A stretch of 62,924 nucleotides of DNA, counting the filler, from Choristocarpus tenellus KU-1152 (lineage: Eukaryota; Protista; Phaeophyceae): assembly GCA_964200185.2 (NCBI GenBank). It is 9 parts of 9 records of this genome, joined end to end, with 100 filler letters (N's around TTAATTAATTAA, not from the genome) between each part and the next. Parts side by side here need not be neighbours in the genome. Positions count along the whole stretch, not along the records: positions 23,982 to 26,889 come from CAXNAD020023739.1; positions 26,990 to 32,950 come from CAXNAD020009308.1; positions 33,051 to 56,258 come from CAXNAD020000260.1; 6 more parts are not named here. One strand, given 5' to 3'. The notes under the pieces were generated by a model, which was not told the DNA's origin, searched no databases, and saw only the letters and a list, made by a program, of their open reading frames with translations. Both the position numbers and the translations under genes were made by a program. This document shows, one piece after another, positions 26,831 through 39,200 of this stretch; the first letter of the stretch is position 1; each line of letters opens with the position of its first letter.

Positions 26831-27660
26831 AGATACTGTTATCACTCAAGGCTCAAAGTACCTGGAGGGGTGTGGCGGCTGTCCATTTGNNNNNNNNNNN
26901 NNNNNNNNNNNNNNNNNNNNNNNNNNNNNNNNNTTAATTAATTAANNNNNNNNNNNNNNNNNNNNNNNNNNNNNNNNNNNNNNNNNNNNCTTTTTTATTG
27001 TGTTTGAAAACCTTTTTTTTTTGTTTTTTTAGTTACTTTTTTGGGGGGGGGGGAGGGGAGGGGACGGTTCTTTTAGATATTTTTTTAACGTCTTTTTAGA
27101 GATACGTTTGTTGGACATTTGGTTGTATTCTTGGAGGCGTTTTTGTGCGTGATTAGACCGCTGAAAGTGCACACAGGAAAGTTCCCACTGTCTTTGAGAG
27201 AGACCTCGCTAGTCCTTGGGTGGGAACTCTTGCTATCACATACTGTTTTGTTTCTTGAAAAAAAAATGGTTAGAGCAATGTTTTTTGCACGGAAGGTTAG
27301 GGTTAGGGTTGGAGTTGGAGTTTAGAGTACAAGATGTGAAAGTTTTCTTGGAAACATCCCCAAGAGCATGTCAAAAATGGTTTGAAGACAAATAACATAG
27401 TGTGATTCAAAGAATGGTATGAAGTGGTTCCACGGCGATGTCAAAATGGTTAGGAAAGTTCTTAGAAAATTAGGTAAGAAATATTCCACATGGTGCTCCC
27501 CAAGCTTGGGGTGCTCCCAAAGGAGGCCTTACTCCCCACTGCACATCAGCGCATACACACACACATACAAAAGTACAAAGCACAGAAGCCTTCCATGAAT
27601 GCAACTCCTTTTTTTTTCTCCCTTTTATCCCTGCCTTACGATACAACTCCTTGAGACAAG

Positions 27661-29366
27661 GTACTCCACCATGGTGGTCCCTGGGGCAGGTGAGCCTAAC
27701 TTTGACTCCTACGAGGCCAATCCTTTTGAGACCTCAAAGCAGCGGAGGGAGGCGGAGGTGCACTCGCTGTTGGACAAGCTTGCTCCGGAGACGATAAGCC
27801 TGGACCCATCCTTTGTTGGCAGGGTGGATAAGGATCCGATGGTGTTGCTGAAGGAGCAGGTGAGCTAGATGTGGGGTGGGGTGTGGGTATATGGGTGACC
27901 TTTGTTGAGAGTAGAGGAAGGAGGTGCAGTGGGTGTGGAGCTTGTTAGGTGGGTGGTGAGTGGGGTTGACTCTGGGGGTGTCTGAAGTTGTTTGAGGTTG
28001 TTGGTTAGAGGGGCTGTTGTGTTTGTACAGAATGGGAGTGGTGGATGGATAGAGTGGTTGAGAGTTAGGGTTGGTGGGGAGGTTAAGGGTTAGGGGTGTT
28101 TTCCCCTTTGCTGGGAAGGGTTGAGGTTTTGTTTTTTACTGGATTCCCTATGCTGTACTGCTGCTATGGTGCAGGTGAACATTGATGGGTTTTTTTTGTA
28201 AGTTGTGAGCAGAGTGGAAGTGTCACAACTAAGAACGTTTGGATAGTACTGTGATTATGTTACTTGTGCACAATCTTTTTCTTTTCAATTCTGTTGGTTA
28301 CACACACACACACACGCGCGCGCACGCAATTTCTCACTGGCCCTTGTTCTCTTACAGCAAGAGCTGGCGGAAGCAGCCAACCCAAGAAAGACCACACCGA
28401 GGGAGAAGAACAAGACCCGAGGCAGGAGCAAGGTGGGGCTTGTTTGTGTGTTCATTGATATTTTTTGTTCTCCTGGTTGGGTATGCATCTGATTTGTGGA
28501 ATACTGGATTGTACATGGGGGGATGGTGGAGGTGGGGAGGGCAGTGTTAGTGTTTTGAGGATAGGGTTAGGGTCTTTAGCTTTAGTGGGAAGTGACAGAT
28601 GTGTTTTGTGTTCTATTTTGACTGTGGGGAGAGAGTGAACAGGGGGGTTGGTATCAATGCTATCGGTCTGGCACAAGCGTGTTTTGTGCTTGCAGTGTGT
28701 GGGAGGACCTTTAAGAATGTGAAACAGAAGGAGTAATTGTACATTGCAGGGTTGCGAGATTCACCTCTGTCTTCTGTGTGCATTTTGAGATACGTATAAC
28801 TTTTTCTGAGTTGCCGTGGTGTGTTTCCTATCACTCTTAATGCTGTTGTCAGGATATGCTTACAGGCCATGTAGGGCAGAGGATTTTTTTTTTATGGTCA
28901 TGTTTAAATCTGTTGCTAGTTCCGCATCTGGTGTGTTTCTATCCAAGTTTGAGAATGTCCAGATCTGATTCCCTGTCACCCTCCTTGGATTGATGATCTA
29001 TTCTGTTCTTGATTCGGAGTTGGAGATAATGGCAAGATGGAGGGTATGAAAGGTAAACGTTTCCACTGATCATCCGCTGCCCTGCAGCGGTCTTAACATT
29101 GATTCACAGTGATATTCTACTCTGTGTCAGCACGATAGCATGAGTTTAACCGCCTTCCGCCATCTCTCCTTGCCATCATTCGACCTCAGGTGGCTAAGAA
29201 GCTGCAGAAGAAGCAGAAGAATGTGGTGGATGAAGGGGTAAAGAAGCTGAGGGACAAGCTTGAGGTGGACAAGAAGAAAGCTGCTGAGCAGATCGAGCAG
29301 ACGAAGAGCAGCCAGTACGCTAAGGAGGCGCCATCTGCTCTTGGTCGTTTTTTCAAGAACAAGTGA
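27661..29366 (+). CDS. WDR46: WDR46/UTP7 SSU processome component, last three exons (BING4CT domain and basic tail)
   Basis: In-phase exons 27661-27859, 28358-28432 and 29190-29366 (TGA). Translation: YSTMVVPGAGEPNFDSYEANPFETSKQRREAEVHSLLDKLAPETISLDP (BING4CT signature) ... KNKTRGRSK-VAKKLQKKQKNVVDE...PSALGRFFKNK*. Upstream WD40 exons were not found in this contig. Confidence 0.93.
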
Positions 29367-30824
29367 ATCTTGAAAGGAATCTCTGTTGGCGGGGGGGGGG
29401 GAGGGAAGGGGGGGGGGTCCGTATCGTTGCTGGAGCTTGACTACTTGTTTGTCTGTTTTACTCTTCCTGTGGGGTCTACATCGCCAACCTCGATGTGTTG
29501 ACTCCTTGAAGTTTTGGTAGTGGAGATGACTTGGCCTTGGACTTTTGTGGAGAGCTGGTTGGGGTTGAGTATTTTGTTGTGTGTGGGTTTAGTGGTACTG
29601 ACCAGCAGGCAGATGTCTGAGCGAGACTCGGGTTGTTTTGTGTTTTCTTCTTTTTATGATTTTCCTTTTCTGTGATTGTGTCGTTGTTAGAGCTCCTTAC
29701 AGTGCGTAGGTGTGTCTTATGTGGAATGTTTGCCAGGGTGTCAGATTAGCTTTGAAGGGTTGTTCTGCTTCTTGCTTTTGAGCCTCTCTCTGTGTGTGTG
29801 TTTGTTTGTTTGTGTGTGTTTGTGTTGTAGAGTAGTAGTCAGTGTGTCAAGTGTTGGCACTGTACTGATGATAGGACCTATTTATTCCGTGGCAAGTGAT
29901 AGTGAGGTTTGTTGGTTGGGTGAGAAATGCTCGGAGTATGTCACTAGTAGCATGTTTGATGGTGGCGGGGGTCACTCAGCCTGCGCTTGTGATCACTTTT
30001 TCACCTTAATATTGATTTGCAGCATGTGATTGTCACCAAACTGCGCTGCTATCGGTTGAATCTTTTTGCTTTCTGTGTGCAGTGTGATTTTGAAGGAAAG
30101 TAATACACACAGTGTTTATGAGAAAGGCAATACCATCAACTTCTTCAATTTCATTCTTGACCTCATGTATGACATGTTAGTGAGGTGACCATTGAATGAT
30201 GGAGGTAGGCACCATCTCCCCAACGTATGTATATATACATGTTGGGGGTACTATCCTGTTTGGAACTGGTCTGCTCGTTGCCACAGTTCCTTTGATGGAC
30301 ACTTACTTGTGAGAAGTGGAGCCTACCCTGTTCATGTTTTCGTTCATCTGTTACATGCTATATATTTTCTAGTCTTCTGGTGGTGGATATATACAATGTC
30401 CTGCTTGAGACCTGCAAAGTCGCTTCTGTATGAGGAAATTTGGATAACTAAGTTTTAAATTGCAGTTGTTGCATTGAGAAGTAGTGATTACACCCCCCCC
30501 TCGCACATCTTCTGCCCTCCTGCTTTCTTGCCACCCTCGATAGTGGTTTCCCCCCTTTGCTCCAATAAGTTCCAGAAAGGAGAGAGCGTTAATTTTCCAT
30601 GCGTATCCTCCAAAGCATTAGGTTTCAGTGAATTATTTAGTGCGTTGTACACGATGAATCATTCATACTTGTTGGAAGAGCTTGTTTTGACACTATCAAC
30701 ACTGTAAATAATGTATATGCATGGCCCTGTCGATTTTTTTAGGTAAGTTGGGGAATATTTAAGTTCTGTTGCAATTATTTTGACTTAACATAACCACAAC
30801 CACAGTTCACCATTTGGTGGTTCT

Positions 30825-31095
30825 GAGCCGAACCAACTGAGTCGTAGGAAGGTTTGGACCCCTTCGCATTCTTATTCATCATTCTTACTTTGTGCAATAC
30901 ACTCTGTTTTAATTGCTTTTTATGTGCTTAATAGTGTACGAAAAATAGATATTCCCTCTTTCCACATAAAATGTGACACCCACCCCAACGAAGGGAAAAG
31001 CCTCTTTCTACAATAACTGTACAAAATGACGCCTTTTGCCCTTTTCTCGGGATCCTTAGAATGCAACCCTGCCTACCTCTCGATTGGTTTGGCTC
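30825..31095. mobile_element. MITE family C full copy (~270 bp)
   Basis: TIRs GAGCCGAACCAACTGAG..GTAGG / CCTACCTCTCGATTGGTTTGGCTC. Confidence 0.78.
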
Positions 31096-31196
31096 TCTTC
31101 CAGCTGCATGTCTCACTCTAGTTACTTGCTTGTCAGTTGATTTTTGTATTAAGTGGTTGTTTACCTTCAGTGTTGGATGGACAAAGGAAGGTGTAA

Positions 31197-31452
31197 GAGT
31201 GAAAGTATCTTAGAGGGCACCAGTTTTGCCCTGTTTGTCCATTTCGGGCTTGCCATGGGTTTTTTATGGCATTTTCCTACTCCGAAACATTTCGGAGTAG
31301 TAGATAAAATGTATACCTTATGAAAAGGTGTGTTTGGAACAAGGATATTGATGCTTCCTAATAAACACAATAGCCAAAATTACATCAAAATCGCAACATT
31401 GGATTTTGAACCCCAAATAGACGCAGCTCTACCCTCTGAGATACTTTGACTC
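31197..31452 (-). mobile_element. MITE family A full copy, TSD GTAA
   Basis: GTAA|GAGTGAAAGTATCTTAGAGGG...CCCTCTGAGATACTTTGACTC|GTAA. Confidence 0.95.
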
Positions 31453-33214
31453 GTAACCTGTTACAGGGGGTGAAGTATATATCTTACTATTACTACCGCA
31501 GTGTAGTCCTCTGCTGCTGCTGTTGATAAAATTGTAGCTTCCTACAATACGAAAATGGTCTTCCAGGTCTGCGGGAAGGGCCTTGGAGAAGGCGTCTGCA
31601 GGGCCTGCAAGAGGAACCAGGTGCTCGCCAAACTAGCTTGCTTTGAATTGAGTGTGGTAGAGATGTGATGGAATCGTATGCAGGTTTGATTCTAATTGAT
31701 GGGTTAATTGTGAGTGCTTGACATATTTTGCTGGCGAGATCAATCACACACACAAGCCTTCTGGTCGATATTCAAAAGAGTTGAATCAAATAATTCATAA
31801 TCTCTATGTGTGTGTGCTGTTCTATTACCATGACATGTTTCTTAGGTCAGCTAATATACATGAACTGTTTCTTTCTGATATATGACTGATTCAAATCAAG
31901 GGTGGGTGAAAGGGAAAGTATTCCTGATTGCTCCTTGATCTATGTGATAATAACTGGCTTTATTTCTTTTTCTCATTGAGGGTGTTGAACAAACTACCTT
32001 TTGGGGGAGAGTGACAAGAAGGCAATTATATTTGACCCTCACATCCCATCAAACAGTGCAGTGTAAGGAATGAGCAACCTGTCTGATGTATGTAGAAGAA
32101 GAGCGAAGTATGAAATACTGTGAATCGTTGGCAAATTCCCTGAGGTGAAAATGGTGATCTTGTCAAAAGTGTATGATTCTTAGGGGTCGTTCAGATATCA
32201 TTAGTACTGTGGGGTGAGGGGCAGTTGAGCATGAGGCATTCAGTATGGTTGGTTCATGTTGAGAAAGCTATCTCCATGATTATGTCATGTAAAACGGTAC
32301 TACTGTGTATCAAGAATAGTCAAAACAGGAGCTTGGTCCTCTTCGTCATGCCAATGCCTCCCTTCCCATCATATTTTTTTTTCACCAGGTCCCAAGTCAA
32401 CAAAGGTCAAGCCGATGCCACGCTTCCGGTTCTAGGTACTTGCTCATAGATGTCATGTGTACGTCATCCTTTCTATGTGAAACCACACAAGGCATTGCCA
32501 CACACTTTGTGGCATGACTTGATTGATGAGGGTATGCAAGTTTACACAGGCATGTTGTCAATATGAAGGGGACGTTCAATGTGATGCAGGAAGGAGTCTT
32601 TCATCTCAATCTCAGATGATGTAAATGTTGTTAAAGCTTTGGAGGGTATTTTGTCGAATCTTGGGAAGGTGTAGATGTGTCTTGAAGATAGCCCATCCGC
32701 GAGGAAGATCTTGAGAGCTGTCAATCAGATTTTGTGCATGTGTACTTGTTGAGTGCAGGTTTGAGTATAGGGCTGTGCACCTACTTCCCTCATTTTGCTC
32801 TTGTTTAGTGTGCTTTTGTTAGTATGCTTTACCAGCTGTATTGGCTGCGTAGGAGAGATGTTTGCTAGCAATGTCCTACAGTAGCTTTAGAAACAATTTC
32901 TGATGGCGGCTAAGGGTTGCAGTGAGCTATGCATTTCGTACGGGATGGGGNNNNNNNNNNNNNNNNNNNNNNNNNNNNNNNNNNNNNNNNNNNNTTAATT
33001 AATTAANNNNNNNNNNNNNNNNNNNNNNNNNNNNNNNNNNNNNNNNNNNNAAACAGGGCAAAACTCGTACCCTCTAAGATACTCTCATTCAATTGAAAGA
33101 AATGAGATTAAGTATTCTCTCCCTGACCACCACATCTGTATCAACCTATGCATTCTCCCACACCTTGTTTCATTTGATCACATCTGTGCATCCCCAGTGG
33201 GGTGCACACAGTTC

Positions 33215-36200
33215 TCACCTTAGATGCTTTGGCGCATCCCTTCCCCCAACACCTTGTTCATAGAGGTGGCACCTCCCAGTATGCCTGCTGACAGCGAACA
33301 ACAATTGGCTGGAGTCTATGCCCTGACTGCCCTTCAATCCCCAGCTCATGCCTACCTTCAACCTCTCACTATCCTCTCCCACAACATGTTGAATCCCCTT
33401 ACTTGAATATGCACCAGTACCCAAGGTTGATGATTCCCCAGGTACACCAGTGGCACAGATAGGAGTCAGAAGGGTCCTTTGAGCTACAACTTGAGCATTT
33501 TCACAATCACCACCAGAGGTATCGCCTTCAATGTCTTGGAAAGATTGGGCGAATGAAGTCTTAACTCCCTCATACAAATCCCTCTGAAGGCATTGCCCTT
33601 TTTTGCTGTTGATGTGGTCCACCTGTACTGCTGGCTTATGATCTGAGTCTTTATTAGTGTCTTCTGCATGGCCACACTCTTGCCCCAATCCCTGCCCCAA
33701 GGTTTTCTCCTTGGAAAGAATTGGCATCTCCACAAACTCTCCAATCTCCTGTGAGGGTACTAGCTGTGCAGGAGTCTCTTGGTGGGGGGAGTCTCTTGAC
33801 ACCTTGCTAAGAGGCAAGGAAAGGCTCCTTGACTCAGGACATGGTTGTGTACTCCAATGCCTACTTCTTGCTGCTGGAACTGTGTCAGGCATGCGGTGAC
33901 CAGTGTTGCTTGACTCACCAGTACCCTCACTTTTCCCTTCAACTTTATCACAACTGTGAGTAGGAGGAAGGGCTGATCCATTAGCGTTATGCACCAGAGC
34001 AGTCAACAGGTGGAGGGTCGGAGCTGCCAGGAAAGGCAGCGATAGTTCAGGAGCAACATGATGGGGACAAGAACCAGCGGAAGGTTTGGGGGCATAATTG
34101 TGCATAAAAAGGAGAAGTTCAAATGAGGGCACACACCGCAATCTCTGGGAACCAAACAACATGATGAAAACACAGGAACCTCACAATGTGTCTCTGCAAT
34201 GAGGCACCACGTATAACCATATTGATACACACAAGAAGTTCCTGCTATTGTGTAACAGCTCCTGACTGTAAGAGCAGCAGGCTAATCAACAGAAGGTAAA
34301 ATATCAAAGTATCTAACAGCTGCAGTACAGTGACAAAAGCAATATGTTCCAACTAACGCCAAATTACCTTCCAACTACAGTATTTCACATTGCTCTTACA
34401 TTGCGAGTAAGTTGTGATCTCATCAGCGAGAGTGTATGAAGGAGTCAGGAGAGATGGCGACAATGCATGAGTTGACCGCATCTTCTCCTCATGGGATTCC
34501 CCTTGTGTCACTCCACTATACTTGATTTCCTCTCCTGTGAGTGGATTTGTGGAATTGTCACTACTCCATCCACTCCCCTCAGAACCAGACCTACTACTCT
34601 CATCATTGTCCAAGCAATCATCATCACTTAGACGCTCTGCATCTATAATCTGATCCACATCAATATATTCTGCGGCTGCAGCACTGTTAGTCACAGATGT
34701 CAATGTTGTGAGCTTCCTGAAGGTCAGGCAGAGTTAACCAGCTGGGCACGTTGATATGATGGGAAGCATCCTCTTCACAGATAGATGGTGCACGGAAAAA
34801 CTCTATTTAAAGCTCACAGAGGGTAACTAAATGTTCCAAACTCGATTAAACATGATACAAAACAGCAAATATAGAAGATATCCAAACAAATACATAAAGA
34901 GTTTGAAGATATTCTGCAGGCAATGGCCATCATTTGGCTGGCAACCTGTAACAGCACATTCATATCGTACACAGGTGTACAGAATAACGGTAGAGATAAA
35001 AAAAAAGACTGCGTAAACCAAACCAATGGCATAAAGAGACAGGCACTAAGTCTTGGTTAGATCACAATCCACCTCTAATACATGTCTTGCAGCGAAATCT
35101 GGAGGTGAAACAAAACAAAATTTGCGAGTGTATTTTTGTGCAGGTAGGGCTGGCTCCCTGCAACCACTTGTACTTTCTTCACTCACTCGCTCAAATGAAG
35201 CCAACGCTTGTCATCGTGGCTTCCTGGTGGAAGAACTGTAATGTACACGTTGACGCTGCTTCTCTAGCAACATCAAACATGCAACAATGCCACAAGGTGT
35301 TGTGACAGTGTGGTAAGAATAGATCGCATCAATGGCAAAGTCAAGGGTTGAGCTTGGAAGCCAGATTTTTCAAGAAGAGTCCAGCAAACCTTATAGATCT
35401 AAGGACTTTGTGGTAAAAGTAGAGGAGCTGTTATAATAATTTGCAGCTCATTAGATATCTTATTGCTATGAGATGTGTCCGTTGTTGCTATGATATGTGT
35501 CAGCCAGACAAGAATGGCATGCAGAAAGCAGTGGATTCCACCCAAATATCTCAATGTAATGGGAGTTGCATGAAGTCTAGGGGTGATTGTGAGTAAAATC
35601 TGCTCACTGGTCTTTCCTACTCTTCCAACAAAATGTACCAGTTTGACAATGTCAGAGACCTATGCACTCAGGTTAGTTTCTTGTGTATTTTTTCTCTGCG
35701 CTGGCATGGGGAAAGACCTGCACAGAATATAATCCTCGTTGTATTGCACTCTAAAAATAGTGAGCATGGCCCTCATGGAAATGATATCAACCATGACTCA
35801 GAAGTTTTTCAGGTTAGCCAATACTTGATTTATTGGACTAGAATTGATTCCTCCTTGCCAAGGTTTGCTTCAACACTAGAGCATTCCCCAGTTTACTATC
35901 CTTTGAGGTATGTTCAAATCATCAACTTTTCTCCTCATGAACTACAAGTATGTGGGGAGTGCCGTCAAAAACTAAAAAAACCCGTCACACAGCTTTTTTG
36001 GTACCCAAAGGACATCGAAGTACAAACTAGACATCACCAAGCAACACATTGTCTGGTGACAGACCTGTCCACGGCGGTGTAGGCGATCTTCTGCTTGCCT
36101 TAACCACCCTGGTGTTGGAGGGAGCTCAACAAACACAGCATTGTGAGCTGCTGTGAAGTCAAGTCCTTGGCCACCTGCTGTTATGGAGACCAGGAGCACA

Positions 36201-39200
36201 CGGCAGGCAGTGCTGGACTCAAACTCATGCAAAAATCGGACCCTTCGAGTAGAAGGCATACAAGGTAGGGGATGTTTGTGGTGGGAAAATGAGAACTAAC
36301 ATTTGAAAGTGGACAGTAGTGCTTCAAATCATTGGATAGATTCATTAGGTTAGGGTATTCCATTGGAAGGAGCTTGACCAGAAAGTTGAGATGGAGAACA
36401 TTTTTAGTATGTGTTTCAAAGTCCAAGCAACAGTTGCAAAGCGATTGCATTCTATTTGCTAAATGCAACAATCAGGCTATTGGGTGTGCTTACCCTTTCA
36501 GACCATATTATTCCCAGTTCAAAATGATCACTATCATTGTATTTCAAATCACAGCATGAGTTCAGGAGCTATGAAATGCTAGTGCTTTGTGGTGAGCATG
36601 CCATGCACAATTGTCTAGGTGTTACAAATATTTGACATATGCTATGATGTAGACTATTGTGGGCAATAGGTCAAAACAGGAGCTATTTTTGTGAATGTGT
36701 GTGTGTTTTTTTACTCACCTGTCAACAGAAGGCACAGATCCATCAATTCGGAGGCAGACAAATTCTCTGTCCCCACTAAATCCATGGCCTGAATTCCGTG
36801 CTGAGTGTAGGACAAAAGCCTGCCAAGGGAATGGAGTTCAGTAATGTACGGGGTCAAGTTAATTTTTTCCTGACATGACATTCTCATCTAGCGAAACAAT
36901 ACTTTGAGGTGTTTGTTTTACAGTTATAGCATAATGAATCATATGTGTAAGGTGTCATCTTTAGTATACCAAGTAGTCATGGTTCTACTGAAACCCAAAT
37001 TGTTTGTATACTTAGTCGCATATACCTGGAGAGTTTCAAAACATAATGAAGTCAACAAACTACAAGAAAACCTAGCAAAACAAATGTGCAAGAGTGAAAT
37101 CAACAATGCAGTTCTTAGGAGCCGATGACCAAACCTGGAATCCTCTTCACCTCTATGTCCACCAACTACAAAGATGGGGGTTTGGTGGGACTGTACGAAG
37201 GCTAATTCTGACAGTGAAGGGTATTGTCAACACACCATCAAAGGTTTCTTGCATAGTCATTTGCATCACTCACTGAGATATCTTGAGAGGAAGACAGTTC
37301 TATTTGCTCTGAGGTAGCAGGCAACACACTTACCGCCTGTAGGGCATCAAGAACATCAAGGTGGTGAGCATAGACAACAAACTTTGTCTTAGTCTCAGCA
37401 CTAGACTCCAGTTTGTCCACCACCCAGTCAGCTGCAGATCTCACCTGATCCCACACAACAAGACGATACGCTAAGCATGAAACATGACTGTATTCACCAC
37501 AAATTGGGAATGAGAATATAAAATGGGTAGGATAATGGTCCCCTTGTATACAGGTGGAGGGATTAAAAATATGACGGAAACTGTGCTTCTCCATCAGAGG
37601 GGTAAATTTTTTAGTATGTATTCCAATACTCTTGTCCTCACTTGAAAGTTCTCAAGAATGTAGTGCAATCTTACTGAATACCCCTTTGAGCCACGCAATT
37701 ACCCACAAGCTACTTAATCATGTGGATCTATAGTCTTGGTGCTTGCCTTTGAGCTTGAGAAAATGTTGTAAAATGGAGGATATTAAGACGGTTAATCCAA
37801 GGTAAATTCTTTGAATACAGTACACAACAACGAAGTCCTGAGCCTATAACAGGTAATAAGATATTGGTACCATATGACGACATGTCGAAATTATACAACA
37901 TGACTCATGATTTTGTAGAATACTAGAATACACCACCCTGGGTTTTCTGTGACAAGTAGTGTGCCGATATTGTATTACCCAAAACTTGACCTCAGCTTGA
38001 GTACAATAAAAATATTGTACCATTAGGGCAAGCAAGGCACAAGAGAGATGCCATTTCAGACCACTACTCTACAAAAAATTTCAATCAAGAAAATATAATG
38101 TCTACTGTACTCAAAAGTCCCCTGGATTATGTGGAAGAGATTAATGCAAAAATCGTTTCGAAGACAAGATAATGTACGGAAGATAATGGGGCAGTCTATA
38201 CTTCAGAACATACCCCTCACATGAAACTACCATGTACCTTCTTCAGACCAGCAATCCTATCTGCACTCATCCTGTTCCCATCCTCAGGATTAGCATTGAC
38301 CTTTTCACTTTCAGGTACCCCTGTAGTGTAGTGGTGACATGCGAAGCTTGTTAGAACTCTTAACTTGATTGCATACATACAACTGAGAAGCGTAAGGAGC
38401 ACTGCCCAATGTGCTGAGTATCAGCACATGTATTGTCTGACAAATAAAGGGGCCCAGCTAAACCAAATACTTCCTACTGCATACTGTCACCTCTACATTG
38501 ATAGATGAAAATTATTAACAAAAAGTTGAAAGGTCTATAGAGGTTGACAAACAGTCTTCATTTCATATTTCAGGTGTGGAGGAACATGGCATAGCCCGTT
38601 CATTGGGCTACATGATTGAATGCACAATGCGTTGGAAGGTCTCTGTAGTACACAGAGAAAAAATCAGTATCACATGCTCGGGATATGTGATATTGGCAGT
38701 ACGATACCTCCTGCTGCCTGGGATCTACTTCATTCAATGTACTTCCCTAAGCTCAAAATGACAACAAGAAACTTAGATATACTGAGTACTTTGTAGATAT
38801 CCATATAGCTACTTAAAAGCACAATGACACAATATACACGCTTCCAACTCATCTCAAGAACTTATACGACAGTACATCATCTATTGCAAACCCACATGCC
38901 CTACTATGGTATGACTATAGCACTCTTCTGTAATCAGTGTGACGAACATTGCAAACTCTTCTTCCCACAGTTAACATTTTGTTGTGAAATTATGTTTCCA
39001 TACCTGCTGCTTTATTTTTGTATCGCCCCCCACAACCCGTTCTTTGACCTACTGAAAATGATACAGAAGTTGCCTCCTTGTCTTTTACAATATATTCAAC
39101 TATGTATTCCAGAGTAAGATATTTCTTGTCTAGGATTTATTAGGTGCAATTTCTTTCCAATTGGAGTAAGATATCTCTCTTTCACAGTAAATCTCACTGT

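Noticed and set aside
27495-27508. 14-bp palindrome CCCCAAGCTTGGGG with flanking GGTGCTCCC direct repeat
   Set aside because: Single short occurrence with no supporting context.
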